Below, in pieces: positions 38,035 to 50,660 of a DNA stretch of 64,000 nucleotides. The translations under genes and the position numbers were made by a program. This DNA is from Octopus bimaculoides (lineage: Eukaryota). Position 1 is the stretch's first letter; each line of letters opens with the position of its first letter. Where the stretch lies: positions 131,554,876 to 131,618,875 of the forward strand of contig NC_068983.1 of NCBI RefSeq assembly GCF_001194135.2, read 5' to 3'. The notes beneath the pieces were generated by a model, which worked only from the letters and a program-made list of their open reading frames with translations, ran no database searches and was not told where the DNA came from.

Positions 38035-38856
38035 CAGATATATAAAGACAAATATACCTACATGCATACATACATACATAAATTCAGAGATTATACACAC
38101 ACACACGCACACACATGTATGTATATATGCATGATTGTATACATGCCTGCTTGTATGTACGTGTGTGAGAGTGTTTATAGCACACGTTCGCTTTCATCTT
38201 TTCTTGCCGAAAATCCATTGTTGTTAAAAAGGAATCGATTTCCTGGTGTGTATTATAATGCTTAGCTTGTTCATTATTATAGTGGAGAATTATGTGGACT
38301 GGATGGCTTTGTCGAAGAGGCTGCTCTGTGTAAATGAATCTCAATCATTTTTACATATATAGGTGAATTTTCATCAACCCTTATATTCAGTATTGTTAAA
38401 ATCGAGCCATTCGATCCATTTAATGCCAGAGAAACCGCTGTTAAGCACCAGGCAAATGGATTCTTGAGATTCATGGCATTATTAACTTCAGATAATGTAG
38501 CCTACTCTGTAGTGGGGATGTAAGCTACCGACAAGCCTAATCCAATAAGTGCTCTCACAAGCAATGAATTTCAAATAGCCACGAGGTATTTAAATCCATA
38601 TATATATGTGTGTGTGTGTGCTATTTTGTTTGTGTATGTGTGTGAAAGAGAGTGTGTGTCTATGTTATAGACATCTACTTATATACCTACATATACTTAT
38701 ATACATTCCCCCTCACATATATATATATATATTCACAAATATGCTCAGATATACATGCATACACATATATACATACATGTAAATCTATCTACCAATCTAT
38801 CCGTCTATCTATCTGTCTGTCTATACCTCTTTCTATCTGTCCATGTTTGTATAAAG

Positions 38857-38942
<86 letters not shown>

Positions 38943-38945
38943 TAC

Positions 38946-38982
<37 letters not shown>

Positions 38983-39637
38983 TATATATATATATACATA
39001 TATGTATACAAATATACATATATATGTATATAAATAATATACAATATATATATATACATGGATACGTACGTATACATACATAGTATTATATTCATCCATG
39101 CATACATAGATAATCGTATACACATTTAGATATATTACATACATATATGCATCTAAGCATACACACAAACCTGCACACTCACACATACACATACACACAC
39201 GCACGCATACACACACACACACACACACACGTATATGGTATGAATGGATACAATCATATATATGTGGATATAAATAAATGAATGCTATTTGTGTTCCAGT
39301 GGAGTCTGTGAATTAATAAAAGTTAGGAAATTGTTCTCATTTTCATATGAGCAATGGAGAAGAAAGAGAAGAAAATAGATAAGTAATAAAAATTCATGAT
39401 AGAAAGAAAAGGAGAAGAATCTAAAAAAAAAAATGTTGAGAATGTTTCTTCACCATTTGTGTGGTGGAATCTCGAAGCAATATTGATCAAATTATATTGT
39501 TTTTGATGCAAATCATTATTTCCGTTAATAGTGGTGCTGCTCAGTTTCCTACTGCTACGCAGAAAATATGGCAGTTAAGCAATCATTTATTACTAATATC
39601 TGCATAAATGATGATAATGATGATGATGATGATGATG

Positions 39638-39705
<68 letters not shown>

Positions 39706-39708
<3 letters not shown>

Positions 39709-39823
39709 CACTTTCAATACAGTAAACATAAGAGCACCACAGCAAACCACAGCACATACCCAAGGCGCACAGAGCTGCGCTCGGTAGTGAAGTGAAAGCA
39801 CGTTATAAAAATAAAACTACTGA
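39706..39823 (+). mobile_element. R4/Dong-like non-LTR 3' end (TLSIQ* plus 3' UTR) inserted in (AAT)n
   Basis: aca ctt tca ata cag taa followed by a roughly 100-nt UTR with a gcgca/tgcgc hairpin; (AAT)n on both sides. Family assignment rests on recalled consensus. Confidence 0.55.
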
Positions 39824-39840
39824 ATAATAATAATAATAAT

Positions 39841-40165
39841 CAGGTCACAGAAAACGAGAAAGCAACCATACTGTGGGATATGCCAATACACACAGATAGA
39901 GAAATTAAGGCCAATAGACCAGATATAGTTGTCAAAGATCATGAAGGAAAAAAATGCTTTCTAATTGATGTATCAATACCAGCAGATGACAACGTTTCCC
40001 TAAAAGAAATAGAGAAACGTTCAACATGCAAAGACCTGGAAATAGGGGTAACTCCAATGTGGAATCTAAAAACAGAAACAATTCCTATCGTAGTAGGTGC
40101 CTTAGATATAATAAAAACATATTCAGACAAATACATAACAAAAACACCAGGACTGACAAATATAT
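39841..40165 (+). mobile_element. R4/Dong-like non-LTR restriction-like endonuclease (RLE) fragment
   Basis: TILWDMPIHTDREIKANRPDIVV...CFLIDVSIP.D.N...KE.EK...DLEI...MW...PIVVGAL: PD-(D/E)xK RLE signature. Confidence 0.85.
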
Positions 40166-40865
40166 ATAACATACAGAAAATTGCTATGTTAAAACCATCA
40201 ACTATCTCTTGGATTTGGATGATCTCAAATTGTATCCTGCCAATGATAAATAACAGGAAATATTGCTACAAATAGTGCATGAATTATCACAGAAATAAAT
40301 AAGAAATTCAGCCTAGAAAAGTGTGCTAAACCAAACTTGAAAAGAGGAAAACTAATTAAGAATAATAATATCACATAAGATAAAGAAAATGAAATAATGG
40401 AACTAGACTAAAACTAAACATACTAATACTTATGAATCAATGAACTAGATACAGTACAACACACACAAATGAAAGAAATGATAAAGAAAGAATATTATAT
40501 ACGCATTAAATTAATACTCCAAAAAGCGTTCAATGTGAAAAATAGGATAATAGGCATCAATAATCTAACAGTCCTAGTTATAAATAACAGTTACAATATT
40601 TTTAACTGGACACTAAATGAGCTAGCCAAACTAGTCAGGAAAGCAAGAAAAATAATGACGGAATTTAAAACACAGCATCCAAAATCTGACATAGAAAGGT
40701 TATATATGCAAGTTGGTAGAGGCCTTATACAACTAGAAAACTACTATGCACTATCCACCGTAGGACTACAAAAATATATACGTCAGAACCCAGGAATATT
40801 GATACAAATAGACATAAAGCATGAGCAAAACAAAAATCTGTGTAAATGTTCAACATTTGAAACGT
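40165..40865 (+). mobile_element. R4/Dong-like non-LTR RT C-terminal fragment
   Basis: INYLLDLDDLKLY...EKCAK...RGKL; KEYYIRIKLIL...NRIIGINNL...HPKSDIERLY..GRGLIQLE. Confidence 0.85.
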
Positions 40866-41150
40866 AAGAACGTTTTACAAATTATATGCATGTTCCAGCC
40901 ATTTGTAGTTTATAAATTAGGAGGTTACTTTCTTTCTCCACATGAATTACAGAGTTACGTTCTTTCTCCACAAATCTATGTTCAGTCATATTATGGTCAG
41001 TTGGTATAAAACCTACAGCTCCAACAGTAACGGGCATGAAATTGAACATGTATCCTGGATCTGCAAACTTCTCTTCAATGGACCGTGGGTATTCCACTGC
41101 TCTTGAATTTTTCTTACCACATGACATCAAGTGGGCAGCTAACTTCTATG
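40865..41150 (-). mobile_element. RLE-type non-LTR 3' fragment of a different family
   Basis: YMFNFMPVTVGAVGFIP...KLQMAGTCIICKTF resembles the RLE C-terminal P..VGA.G / GT.KI motif. Confidence 0.5.
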
Positions 41151-41204
41151 ACTGAGAATGTTTTAATGTATTGTTAATATTATGCTGACTGTATTTTAAT
41201 TTAG

Positions 41205-41796
41205 TGGCAGGTGGCATGGTACTCGGAGTCGTGGCGTTTGACGGAAAAAAAGTTGCTTCTCCATTTTTCAAGTATGGGGAAAAGGTGGCGGCTGAAGTTT
41301 ATTATAAAGTCCTGCGGTAGAAGTTTTGACCAAGTTTAACTACTCAAACGATAATTTTGTGTTGATCCAAGATGGTGCTCCTGCTCATACGGTGGAGAAA
41401 GTGCAGAAGTTCTGCGAAGACAACTTCGACGACTTTTGGCCTGCCAACTTCTGGCCTTTTTTCAGCCCATACTTGAGCCCCTTGGACTATGCTGTATGCG
41501 GAAAATTGGAGCACTCTACCAACAGAACTTCGCATCCAAGTGTCGATCATCTTAAGCAAGTCCTGAGGGAAGAGTGGGATAACATGTCAAAGTACTTCAT
41601 CATGAAGAATTGTGACGCCTTCAGGCAGCGTGTGAAGGCTGTGGGGGACAATGAAGGCGGACATATTGAATAAATTATCTCTTTATACACCATTAAACTT
41701 GCGTTTAAATTATATTTATGCCAGGTTGCTGGTTGTTGTAAAATAAACAATTTGGTAAATTATCTATTATTTTCCAAGTTTTGGTTACCCCCCTTG
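41205..41796 (+). mobile_element. Tc1/mariner DD37D (maT-type) transposase 3' half with right terminus
   Basis: QDGAPAH...WP..SP.LSPLDY with 37 residues between the second and third catalytic D; ends GGHIE*; terminus ...ttaccccccttg|TA. Confidence 0.85.
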
Positions 41797-41799
41797 TAT

Positions 41800-42283
41800 A
41801 TATTCACACTGAGGATAAACGGAAAAATGAACATAAACATATCCCATTTGTTATCACTCAAAATCCCAAGAACCACAATAATCTACAAACAGCCAAACGA
41901 AGATTATAGTGGGGAAACAAAAACGAAATTAACCCACCGTGTAAATGTGCATAGACATCAAATAAAACATCCTGCAGTTAGATGCATACCATGTAGCGAT
42001 CATTTGGACACCTGTGCACAAAGCTAATATATAATTTTCCCTCTTCATAAAATAAATGAAGAGAACGACCTTCTCCGGAAGGCAAAAGAAGAATATTTCA
42101 TAAGCTTTCTGAGTCCGAAACTAAACTGGAAATATTCAACAATTTTACAGAAAATAACTTTCACTATATATAATAACACGTGCTTGAGAACGTTAAGAAC
42201 TGAAAGCGCTTGCACATTTATAAAAGCAAAACCTACACACATTTTGTGAAATCTCTTCCCACAAGTCTTTCGACTTTCTAAAA
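41800..42283 (+). mobile_element. Penelope-like GIY-YIG endonuclease 3' fragment
   Basis: YSGETKTKLTHRVNVHRHQIKHP...CSDHLDTC; after one in-frame stop, LRKAKEEYFISFLSPKLN (R..E..FI...P.LN). Confidence 0.8.
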
Positions 42284-42458
42284 NNNNNNNNNNNNNNNNN
42301 NNNNNNNNNNNNNNNNNNNNNNNNNNNNNNNNNNNNNNNNNNNNNNNNNNNNNNNNNNNNNNNNNNNNNNNNNNNNNNNNNNNNNNNNNNNNNNNNNNNN
42401 NNNNNNNNNNNNNNNNNNNNNNNNNNNNNNNNNNNNNNNNNNNNNNNNNNNNNNNNNN

Positions 42459-42492
<34 letters not shown>

Positions 42493-43654
42493 TATATTAT
42501 ATTATATTGTATTATATTACATTATATTACATTATATTATATTATGTTATGTTACGTTATATCATATAATGTGATATTTGCTCTGAAAAAGAATAAAGCG
42601 AGAAATCATTATTCACTGTTGCCAGCTGCGAACTCTGAGTAATAAATCTGAAGTTTTCAATATGTCGAATTTTTTCAATATTTAAATATATTTCGTTATC
42701 CTATCCTATTATGCAATAAATGGCCAGACTATTCAAAAATCGTTATACTTCAAAAGTTCGACTCCTCTTCTGATTGCAATATAATTTATTCTACTAAGCG
42801 AACTATTAGTATTCTATATTTTTCCGACGCACTCACTGCTACTTCCCGTGTAATATGCTGTTTACGTTGATATTTCAAGACATATGGTCATTAAAATAAA
42901 ACATTCTAATGTCTTTTATTAATTATTTTCATTTCCAAAAGAATTTTGTGATTCTTTGAAGACAAATACATCAACATATTTTTCGTTTTGCTTTTATTTC
43001 TATGCATTTATATTCTCCGTTCCTCATTACATTCTTCTGAGCAGTTGTACTGCCAACTAATAACAGCTATTAAAACAGGATAAAGATATGAATATGAATA
43101 TTCAAAGAGATTTTTATGCATGAATATGTTTTTCTAATGTTCGTCATTGAAGTCATTCTCTATTTAAAAGTATCTTTTGAATTAAAATTTTGCTTGAATA
43201 TGCATGTCTTTACGCATGCATATTCATACTAACACACGCACACACACATATATATATAGACACAAACACACGAACAAACATACATACACACAACCACATG
43301 CACACACATGCATACACACACTCATGTAAACCCACTTTTTCTCTCTCTGCCTCCTTCAACTATACCTACAGTTTTGTTTACGCCTAAAAGAAAAGTGATC
43401 TTTATAAATTGTTATTGTTTATATTTGTGAGGAAGCAAATGTTGTGTTACGTCTGCTCATTCAATCAACAGTGGAAGGACGTTAGAAGAAGAAACGAGTC
43501 TCTGAGATACAGATTTAGTATATGTTCATTGCTCAAGGCAGATCACAGGGCTTTTCATGTCATAAATTGATATACACATATATGCCATACTTTTTGAATG
43601 ATTTGAAATTATTTAAAACGTATTTTAATTGTCAGATAAAATCTTTTACACACA

Positions 43655-43723
<69 letters not shown>

Positions 43724-44299
43724 GCCATACACACCCTGCTTACACACGCACGCACACACACACACACACATACACACATATATTGATGATGTCCTGAGAA
43801 TTCTGGAACGGATGAAGCTATAATAACGTTTAAAGATTAGGTAAAAAAAAAAAAAAAAAAGCTCTATATAGAAAGGGTCGACGGTTGCCTGCAGAACTCA
43901 AACTCAAATCTTTTGTAAAGAGGTTGTACCACTGGACCAAAGTCATCTGTCGGATATCTCTCTCCATTTAGGAATTTGTACGTAGAGAGAGAAAGAGATA
44001 GAATAAGAGGAAGGGAGAGGGGGAGAGAGAAAGAGAGGCAGAGGGATGTTGCTACCGCTGGCTTTAGCATCTTATATATAGAAAGCACTCAGACCTGAAG
44101 GGGAAGTGCAACGAACATAATACATCGGCTCAAATGTTTATAGAATTGCTTGTGTACTTGAGACGCATAAAAGTTGTCCTGAAGGTGCAGTCTCGATTGA
44201 CAATAAATAGATAATACACCAGTTCACTATGCCGTGATGTCGCTATTTCAGAATCTAGAATGAATGAATTAACCATAGTTCACAATTGCGTGATATGCA

Positions 44300-44590
44300 A
44301 CTATATGAAATACCTCTGTCCACGACGACCCAGACCATAGTGGATACGTAGAGGTTCTTGTCCTTCTATCTGAATCCCCATATTTGCTGGTTGCATCATC
44401 TCTCAGGCGTTTCGTGGTGAGTAACTTGTAGTAAGATACGTACTCACTGACATTGGTGAAGTCAGTTGAGTGGACTGGAGCAACATCATATAAATTATCC
44501 AAAGAAAGAGTACATTGCACCGAGCGGAAATCGAACTCATAACGTTTGATCAAATCACCTTTTACCTAACCACGAAGAGTCGCACCTTCT
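44300..44590 (-). mobile_element. Degraded SINE family D-like copy
   Basis: cagttgagtggactggagcaac...ggaaatcgaactcataacg. Confidence 0.55.
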
Positions 44591-44796
44591 GCATGTACGA
44601 ATATATTTCTACATCAACGTATGTAGATACGCAAGTGCGCACTCACGAAACCTTATGCAATGTAAGTCTGAACCAACTTATAAAATATTTACAACCACAA
44701 GTAATGTGCTGAGTGTAATCTTCTTGCATGTGTGTTCATGTACAGAATATGTATATGTATATGTGTGTGTGTATCTATATGTATATGTAGGTAAAA

Positions 44797-44830
<34 letters not shown>

Positions 44831-46954
44831 NNNNNNNNNNNNNNNNNNNNNNNNNNNNNNNNNNNNNNNNNNNNNNNNNNNNNNNNNNNNNNNNNNNNNN
44901 NNNNNNNNNNNNNNNNNNNNNNNNNNNNNNNNNNNNNNNNNNNNNNNNNNNNNNNNNNNNNNNNNNNNNNNNNNNNNNNNNNNNNNNNNNNNNNNNNNNN
45001 NNNNNNNNNNNNNNNNNNNNNNNNNNNNNNNNNNNNNNNNNNNNNNNNNNNNNNNNNNNNNNNNNNNNNNNNNNNNNNNNNNNNNNNNNNNNNNNNNNNN
45101 NNNNNNNNNNNNNNNNNNNNNNNNNNNNNNNNNNNNNNNNNNNNNNNNNNNNNNNNNNNNNNNNNNNNNNNNNNNNNNNNNNNNNNNNNNNNNNNNNNNN
45201 NNNNNNNNNNNNNNNNNNNNNNNNNNNNNNNNNNNNNNNNNNNNNNNNNNNNNNNNNNNNNNNNNNNNNNNNNNNNNNGTGTGTGTGTTTGCGTGTATAT
45301 AATTTATTTAGGCAGCAGTAAGCAAATGTGTACTAACAAGGAGAACTATTACCGTCATTAAATATGACTGAGGGTGTTATAAATACCTTCATTGCTAGAA
45401 ATACTAGCTATATGTTTGTGTTCGTGTGTCTGTGAGTTAATGTGTGTATGTGCCTGTTTTTATACGCACATATGTGTTTGTATGAGTGAATGTGTGTATG
45501 TGACTGCGTTTCTATACATTCATATTTCATGGATACACAAAAGTTGTATACACACACACAAATATACGCATACTTTGATTATCTATGTATCCATTTCTCT
45601 CACTCTCTCTTTCTCTCCCTTATTCTCTCTCTCCACACATACACACACACACAGACGCACACACACATACATACACGCACACACACACATATGTATATCA
45701 TCCATGTATACTTAAATATATGTATATACACAAACACATACATTGATACACACATATATACACTCACGAATATACATTCATATGCATTCACACTTACACA
45801 CCAAATAAAATGGAATGAGAGAATGATGATAGTGGTGTTATGGTATGTTTGTCGGTAAATCGATAATTGTGGTGGTTGCTGTGGAGATATATATCAAGTT
45901 TATTGATGCATATAGTGAAATGTTTCTACTAATATCTTTGTTTTATGGCCCAACTACTTATAGAATGAACAAATGAAATATATATAGAATTAGACGAACT
46001 ACCTTAATCATCGTGAAAGAACCAACAATAATCTCCTATAGATATATGCAGACATTAACCAAATTATTGTCTGCGAAATTTCGCTGTACTTATGCGTCCT
46101 TTAGACGTTCTGTCCACCAATAGAAACAAACGCCATTATACGAAACTATTTACATTATACTGCTGACATATCTCACTCGCGATATCTTTTTATCTTTCTT
46201 CTTTCGTTCGTATTTTTGAATGAGGCGTCTAAAATCAGTCCTTCATTTTGATCGAATTACTTGGCTTCCTGATTAGATGCATCCTACATTGGGTAATGCG
46301 CTAAATTGACGTATATATGAGATGAGACTTAGAGCACATAAACAACACTTTAATCTCAACAGACTTACAACATAGATGGGTATAGATCACTATACACTGA
46401 AATTAAACCGCTGCTCCCATTGTTTTGTGCGGTGATCTATATTATATTGCTATACTCTGGGTAGTGAACGTTTCACTCCTTTGCAACTCACTGACCTCAC
46501 CCCTGTACCTGGTCGTATCGTAAATTACCAATATTTGTAGATACTATGGAAGAGGATAAAAATAAAGTTTATTCAACCAAAACCAACATAGGAAAAGGGG
46601 GTGAGATTTCTATCATAAAGCTCAATTAATAAAGTTAATTAGATTCAAAATATTTATACTGCCACGAAAATAAATATTTTGCAAGCAATATTAAACGTTC
46701 AGTAGGAATTCAAAGATTCCATAAACAAATTTATTCTTAATGTAATTGAAAAAAATAATGTGTTTCTAAAACTAAATCACATCAGAATTTATTAACGGCT
46801 TAATCAGAAGATAAAGAATGGCAACAATATCCTTCCTCTGTAAGTGAGTTGTCAGGAAGGGAGGAAGCTACACACAGAACGGGCCAGGGGGTGGTGTTAA
46901 ACCGGAAACCGGACTACAAGTTACTTATACTGCTCAAAAATAGGAATGGTACTA

Positions 46955-47100
46955 TATATATAGGCTACCACTCAGTTTCCCCCACACAAATTTCATTCAC
47001 AAGGCTTTATTCGAGCTGAGACAATGATAGACAACAATTAGCCAATGCTGTGCAGTGTAATTAAACCTGAAAGTGATACGAAGTGAACTTCTAGATCAAC
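46955..47100 (-). mobile_element. SINE family A degraded fragment
   Basis: tcagtttcccccacacaaatttcattcacaaggcttt...gtgcagtgtaattaaacc. Confidence 0.5.
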
Positions 47101-47199
47101 CATTCAAAACTACCATCACTTATTTGCCAGACGTGCGTATTTTTTTCTTTTATTGCGATATAGCACCTCCAGGAATGAAATTCTACAACGTATTTTAAA

Positions 47200-47900
47200 G
47201 ATTTAGGAAGTGATTTAGAAGGAAGCTGTAAGTAGGTTACGGTCTCGTCTGGAAAAGGAGGAGGAGTAACACAAGAAGTGGTAGAGTCGGATTGGTTGAG
47301 ACAGAATTATCTGAGGATGGTATTTGAATGGAAAACAACACTGAAAGAAAGTTTTTTGTGGATGGGTATCGAAATAGGATGGTAGAGATGCCAGTATTGG
47401 TGAAGGCACGGGGGCGAACAACATCGTCGGGTGGTTGAATTTCATAATGTTGTCAGAAGAAGCAGAATTGTTGGTGGAAAATGACCTATTTGTTTTGTGT
47501 AGGGTAAGATTATATCAATACCGAAATAGAAGCGATAGTTGACAGATTTGTAATACACTGAAATGGAGAGGTTTTTGACAGTCGTTGAAAATGGAAGTCT
47601 AGGAAGTTGCCAGAGACGGAGGAGATGGTAGAAGTGAATTCTAAGGCAGGGTGGATGGAGTGAGCAAAGACACTAGAGGCTGTGAGCTGTGAAAGGTAGA
47701 TGGCTTGGAACTAAAAGAAAAAGGAAATGAAAAGGCGAAGGGCGTGGTTGGTGTCATAAATGTGTGATCGGAGAGTTACTACGAACAAAGAGAGGAGTTT
47801 GTATATGAGATCGGAGGCAGTTGCATGCAGTGATGGTGCATAGTAGATGATCCACAAGCACTTAAGCAAATTGCAAGGCAGCAGTAGGCCTCAAGAGATT
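47200..47900 (-). mobile_element. Penelope-like RT relic of a second lineage
   Basis: Minus frame IHPALEFTSTISSVSGNFLDF...LSISVYYKS resembles PLE HP.LKFT...FLD...TS.Y.K. Confidence 0.65.
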
Positions 47901-48169
47901 AACACTTTATTTTACTCAACCCTCATTTGTTGTTCACGACAAGAGAATCCATCATCATGTATACGTATATATATATGTGCGTGTACATATATGTATGCAT
48001 GTATGTATGTATGTATGTATATATATATATATATATGTTGCTGTACTTGGGGATGGTCATATTGCCAGTTTAGCCAATAAAAATACACGCACTGTATATT
48101 TGGTGTTAATTTGCTTCAGCTTTATATTACATTACATTACATTACATTACATTACATTAATCCTATTTC

Positions 48170-48214
48170 GGCCAGAGTTCTTTCGTCACACTTCTGTGAC
48201 CTCATCAGTGGTCC
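48170..48214 (-). ncRNA. Second, unrelated minimal hammerhead ribozyme motif
   Basis: Minus strand: ggacca-CTGATGA-g-GTCACA-gaag-TGTGAC-GAAA-gaac-TC-tggcc. Perfect 6-bp stem II, intact core, minimal stem III, CUC triplet, stem I ggacca/tggcc with a one-nucleotide bulge; followed by a (GTAAT)n tail. Confidence 0.7.
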
Positions 48215-48479
48215 TTTGCTTTCTTCTTTCTTATGTGTGTCCCACCTTGCTAACTATTTATATATATGTATATGTATATATATACACACACACACGCACT
48301 CACAAACACACACTCACAAACACACATATAAAGAAAATGAGAGAGAGAAACAGAAAGGAAGTGAGTGCAAGAGGTATTGAGCACATATTTTTTAATTTGA
48401 TAAAACAACTCTAATCTAACAGCAAAAAAAAAAACACAATTTGTATTGTAACAAAAAATTGTGAAAATGTTCTGGATAA

Positions 48480-48960
48480 GCTTGCTTATAAAGTTATTCT
48501 ATGAATCTGCCTTCATCTTCAATAACTGCTTCAAAGCAGGAGGAAAATCGTTGGCCTTCCTGAGCTAAATGGTCCTTATTCATTTCGGATATCATATGGA
48601 CTATACCGACTTTCAAAAATGCTATGGCATTTTGAAGATGTCGATTAGTCTCCTTTTCAACAACGTTCCAAAAGTAATACCTCATGAGATTTAAATGTAG
48701 CGAGTTTGGAAGCCACGTGTTTGGGGGTAGAGAATCATAAAGATTGTCTGAAATTCACTTCATTCTTGGGTTACGTGGGCATTGCGAGTTGTGAGTTTGT
48801 TGAAACACATATGGCCTTCCGCTGCATATTTCATCCATCTATGGATTAACAACTGCCTTCAGCACCTCAACGAATCTATTAACATTAAAAGATGTGGAAA
48901 GATGTGGATAGAATGACATCATCCTGGTTACTTACCACTCCTAAAAGTATCACAGTTGCT
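48480..48960 (-). mobile_element. Tc1/mariner (maT-like) transposase relic
   Basis: GRPYVFQQ...; YYFWNVVEKETN...MNKDHL...EAVIEDEGRFIE*. Confidence 0.75.
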
Positions 48961-49644
48961 GGAAACTCAGTACGCATTACTTTGGAAATATCAAAAGGAT
49001 CTGCACATAATCATCTGTCATTTCTTGTTTGTATTTTGCTTTTGGTTTAAGTTTTTCGCATCAGAGAAGCAGCAAGAGATGTTTTGTTTGTGAAGGTTTT
49101 CAACCTTTTTAAGAAACCGCTTGGCACGGATCAAGTAGTTTTCCTGTCTTTGCAGAGATGAATTGGCGTCTTCTTAATATATACCACTTGTATAGAATTT
49201 GTCTGAGCACCACAGTTCTGACAGTCCACTCCGATACTTGAAGTTCTTTGGTCACGGATCTCATTGATTTTCTAGAATCATCATCAATATTTTGGTTCCA
49301 TTAAATGAATTGCTGTGTCCTTATAGTGTCCGAACGTTTAGAATATTTTTTCCATTGATACAATTGAGACATTCCCACCAGAAGCTTCCAACCCCAGATA
49401 AACTTTATGTACAAAAGATCATGCCACATTTAGAAAAGTGGCAATTTGTAACTCGCTATGTTACGCACATAAGGCAGCAATTACTGCATGTTTTTTTTGT
49501 TTTTTTGTCTTACTATTTTATCTGCTATGGAGGGGCTGAAAGTCTGAAAGAAATAAAAACCTTTTAATTAGTTTGAAAAGAGTAATACAATGATATTTAG
49601 ATATCTTCAAATACCTTTGCACCTACACACACACGCACAATCAC

Positions 49645-49748
<104 letters not shown>

Positions 49749-50159
49749 ATGTAATATAGGTATGCTTTGTCAGACTCCTATGGTATTCTACAAAAAGAGA
49801 AAGAAAAAGAAATGAAAAAATATTCGGCAAATAGTTACTGCTCAAGACAGATTATATTTCCAGAATAATCAAACTTTAGCACTTAATATAGCTAGCCATC
49901 ATGCTACAGATGATATCTGACGAATTATATATATATTTTGCAATTATTGTGGGTCATTCGCGGTTCAGTGCCACGATAGCAACACTTTCATGTTTCCCAC
50001 CTTGCAAACATATGTCACAGCAAACAAATTTTGTTTTAGCTTACAGTACAAATGAAGAGATGTAAAAATTTCAAGTACTCTTGACCTGTGTATATAACTG
50101 AGGCAAAGTATTACAAACGTAATACAAGAAAGTTCACCAATACAACGGTGATGTGATAT

Positions 50160-50660
50160 ATGAAAGCAGACTGTGTATCAGTAACAAGAGGATTGCCGCT
50201 TATAGATTACAGAATTGTAAACAGGTTTATAGGACCTTTAAGAAACGAAATAGGTAATGTACCGAGTTGCTTACAGACTAACTTCTATGACTCAGAGAAA
50301 CAGATAAGGCAACTCATTGAAAGAGTGCCAAAAACAATGCCGAGTTCACAATGAAAATATATTTCAGATAATTCATTCTCCTTTGATTTTGTTCCGAAAA
50401 AAACAAACTGATGCTGGAAATATTCCTGCGGATGTGGAAATAGGTTTACATGCTGATAAAAGAAATAAAAACCGATAATGAACATTTTGGTGCATATAAT
50501 TAGCCAGATAGAAACGAACTTATTCTTGGAGGAGATTTTCGCGAGGTTCAACCTGAAATACAGAAAGGTACTGCACTCATCTGTTATTGGTGATTGTTTT
50601 TGTTTTAAAAGCCTCCAAAATTTGAAACTCGTGCTAAGTTTTCCATCTCAATACTTGTAT
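50160..50660 (+). mobile_element. Helitron RepHel relic, heavily deleted
   Basis: IGPLRNEIGNVPSCLQTNFYD and IGLHADKR (RepHel N-terminal-like) closely followed by LILGGDFREVQPEIQKG (PIF1 helicase LGGDFRQ motif). Confidence 0.6.
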
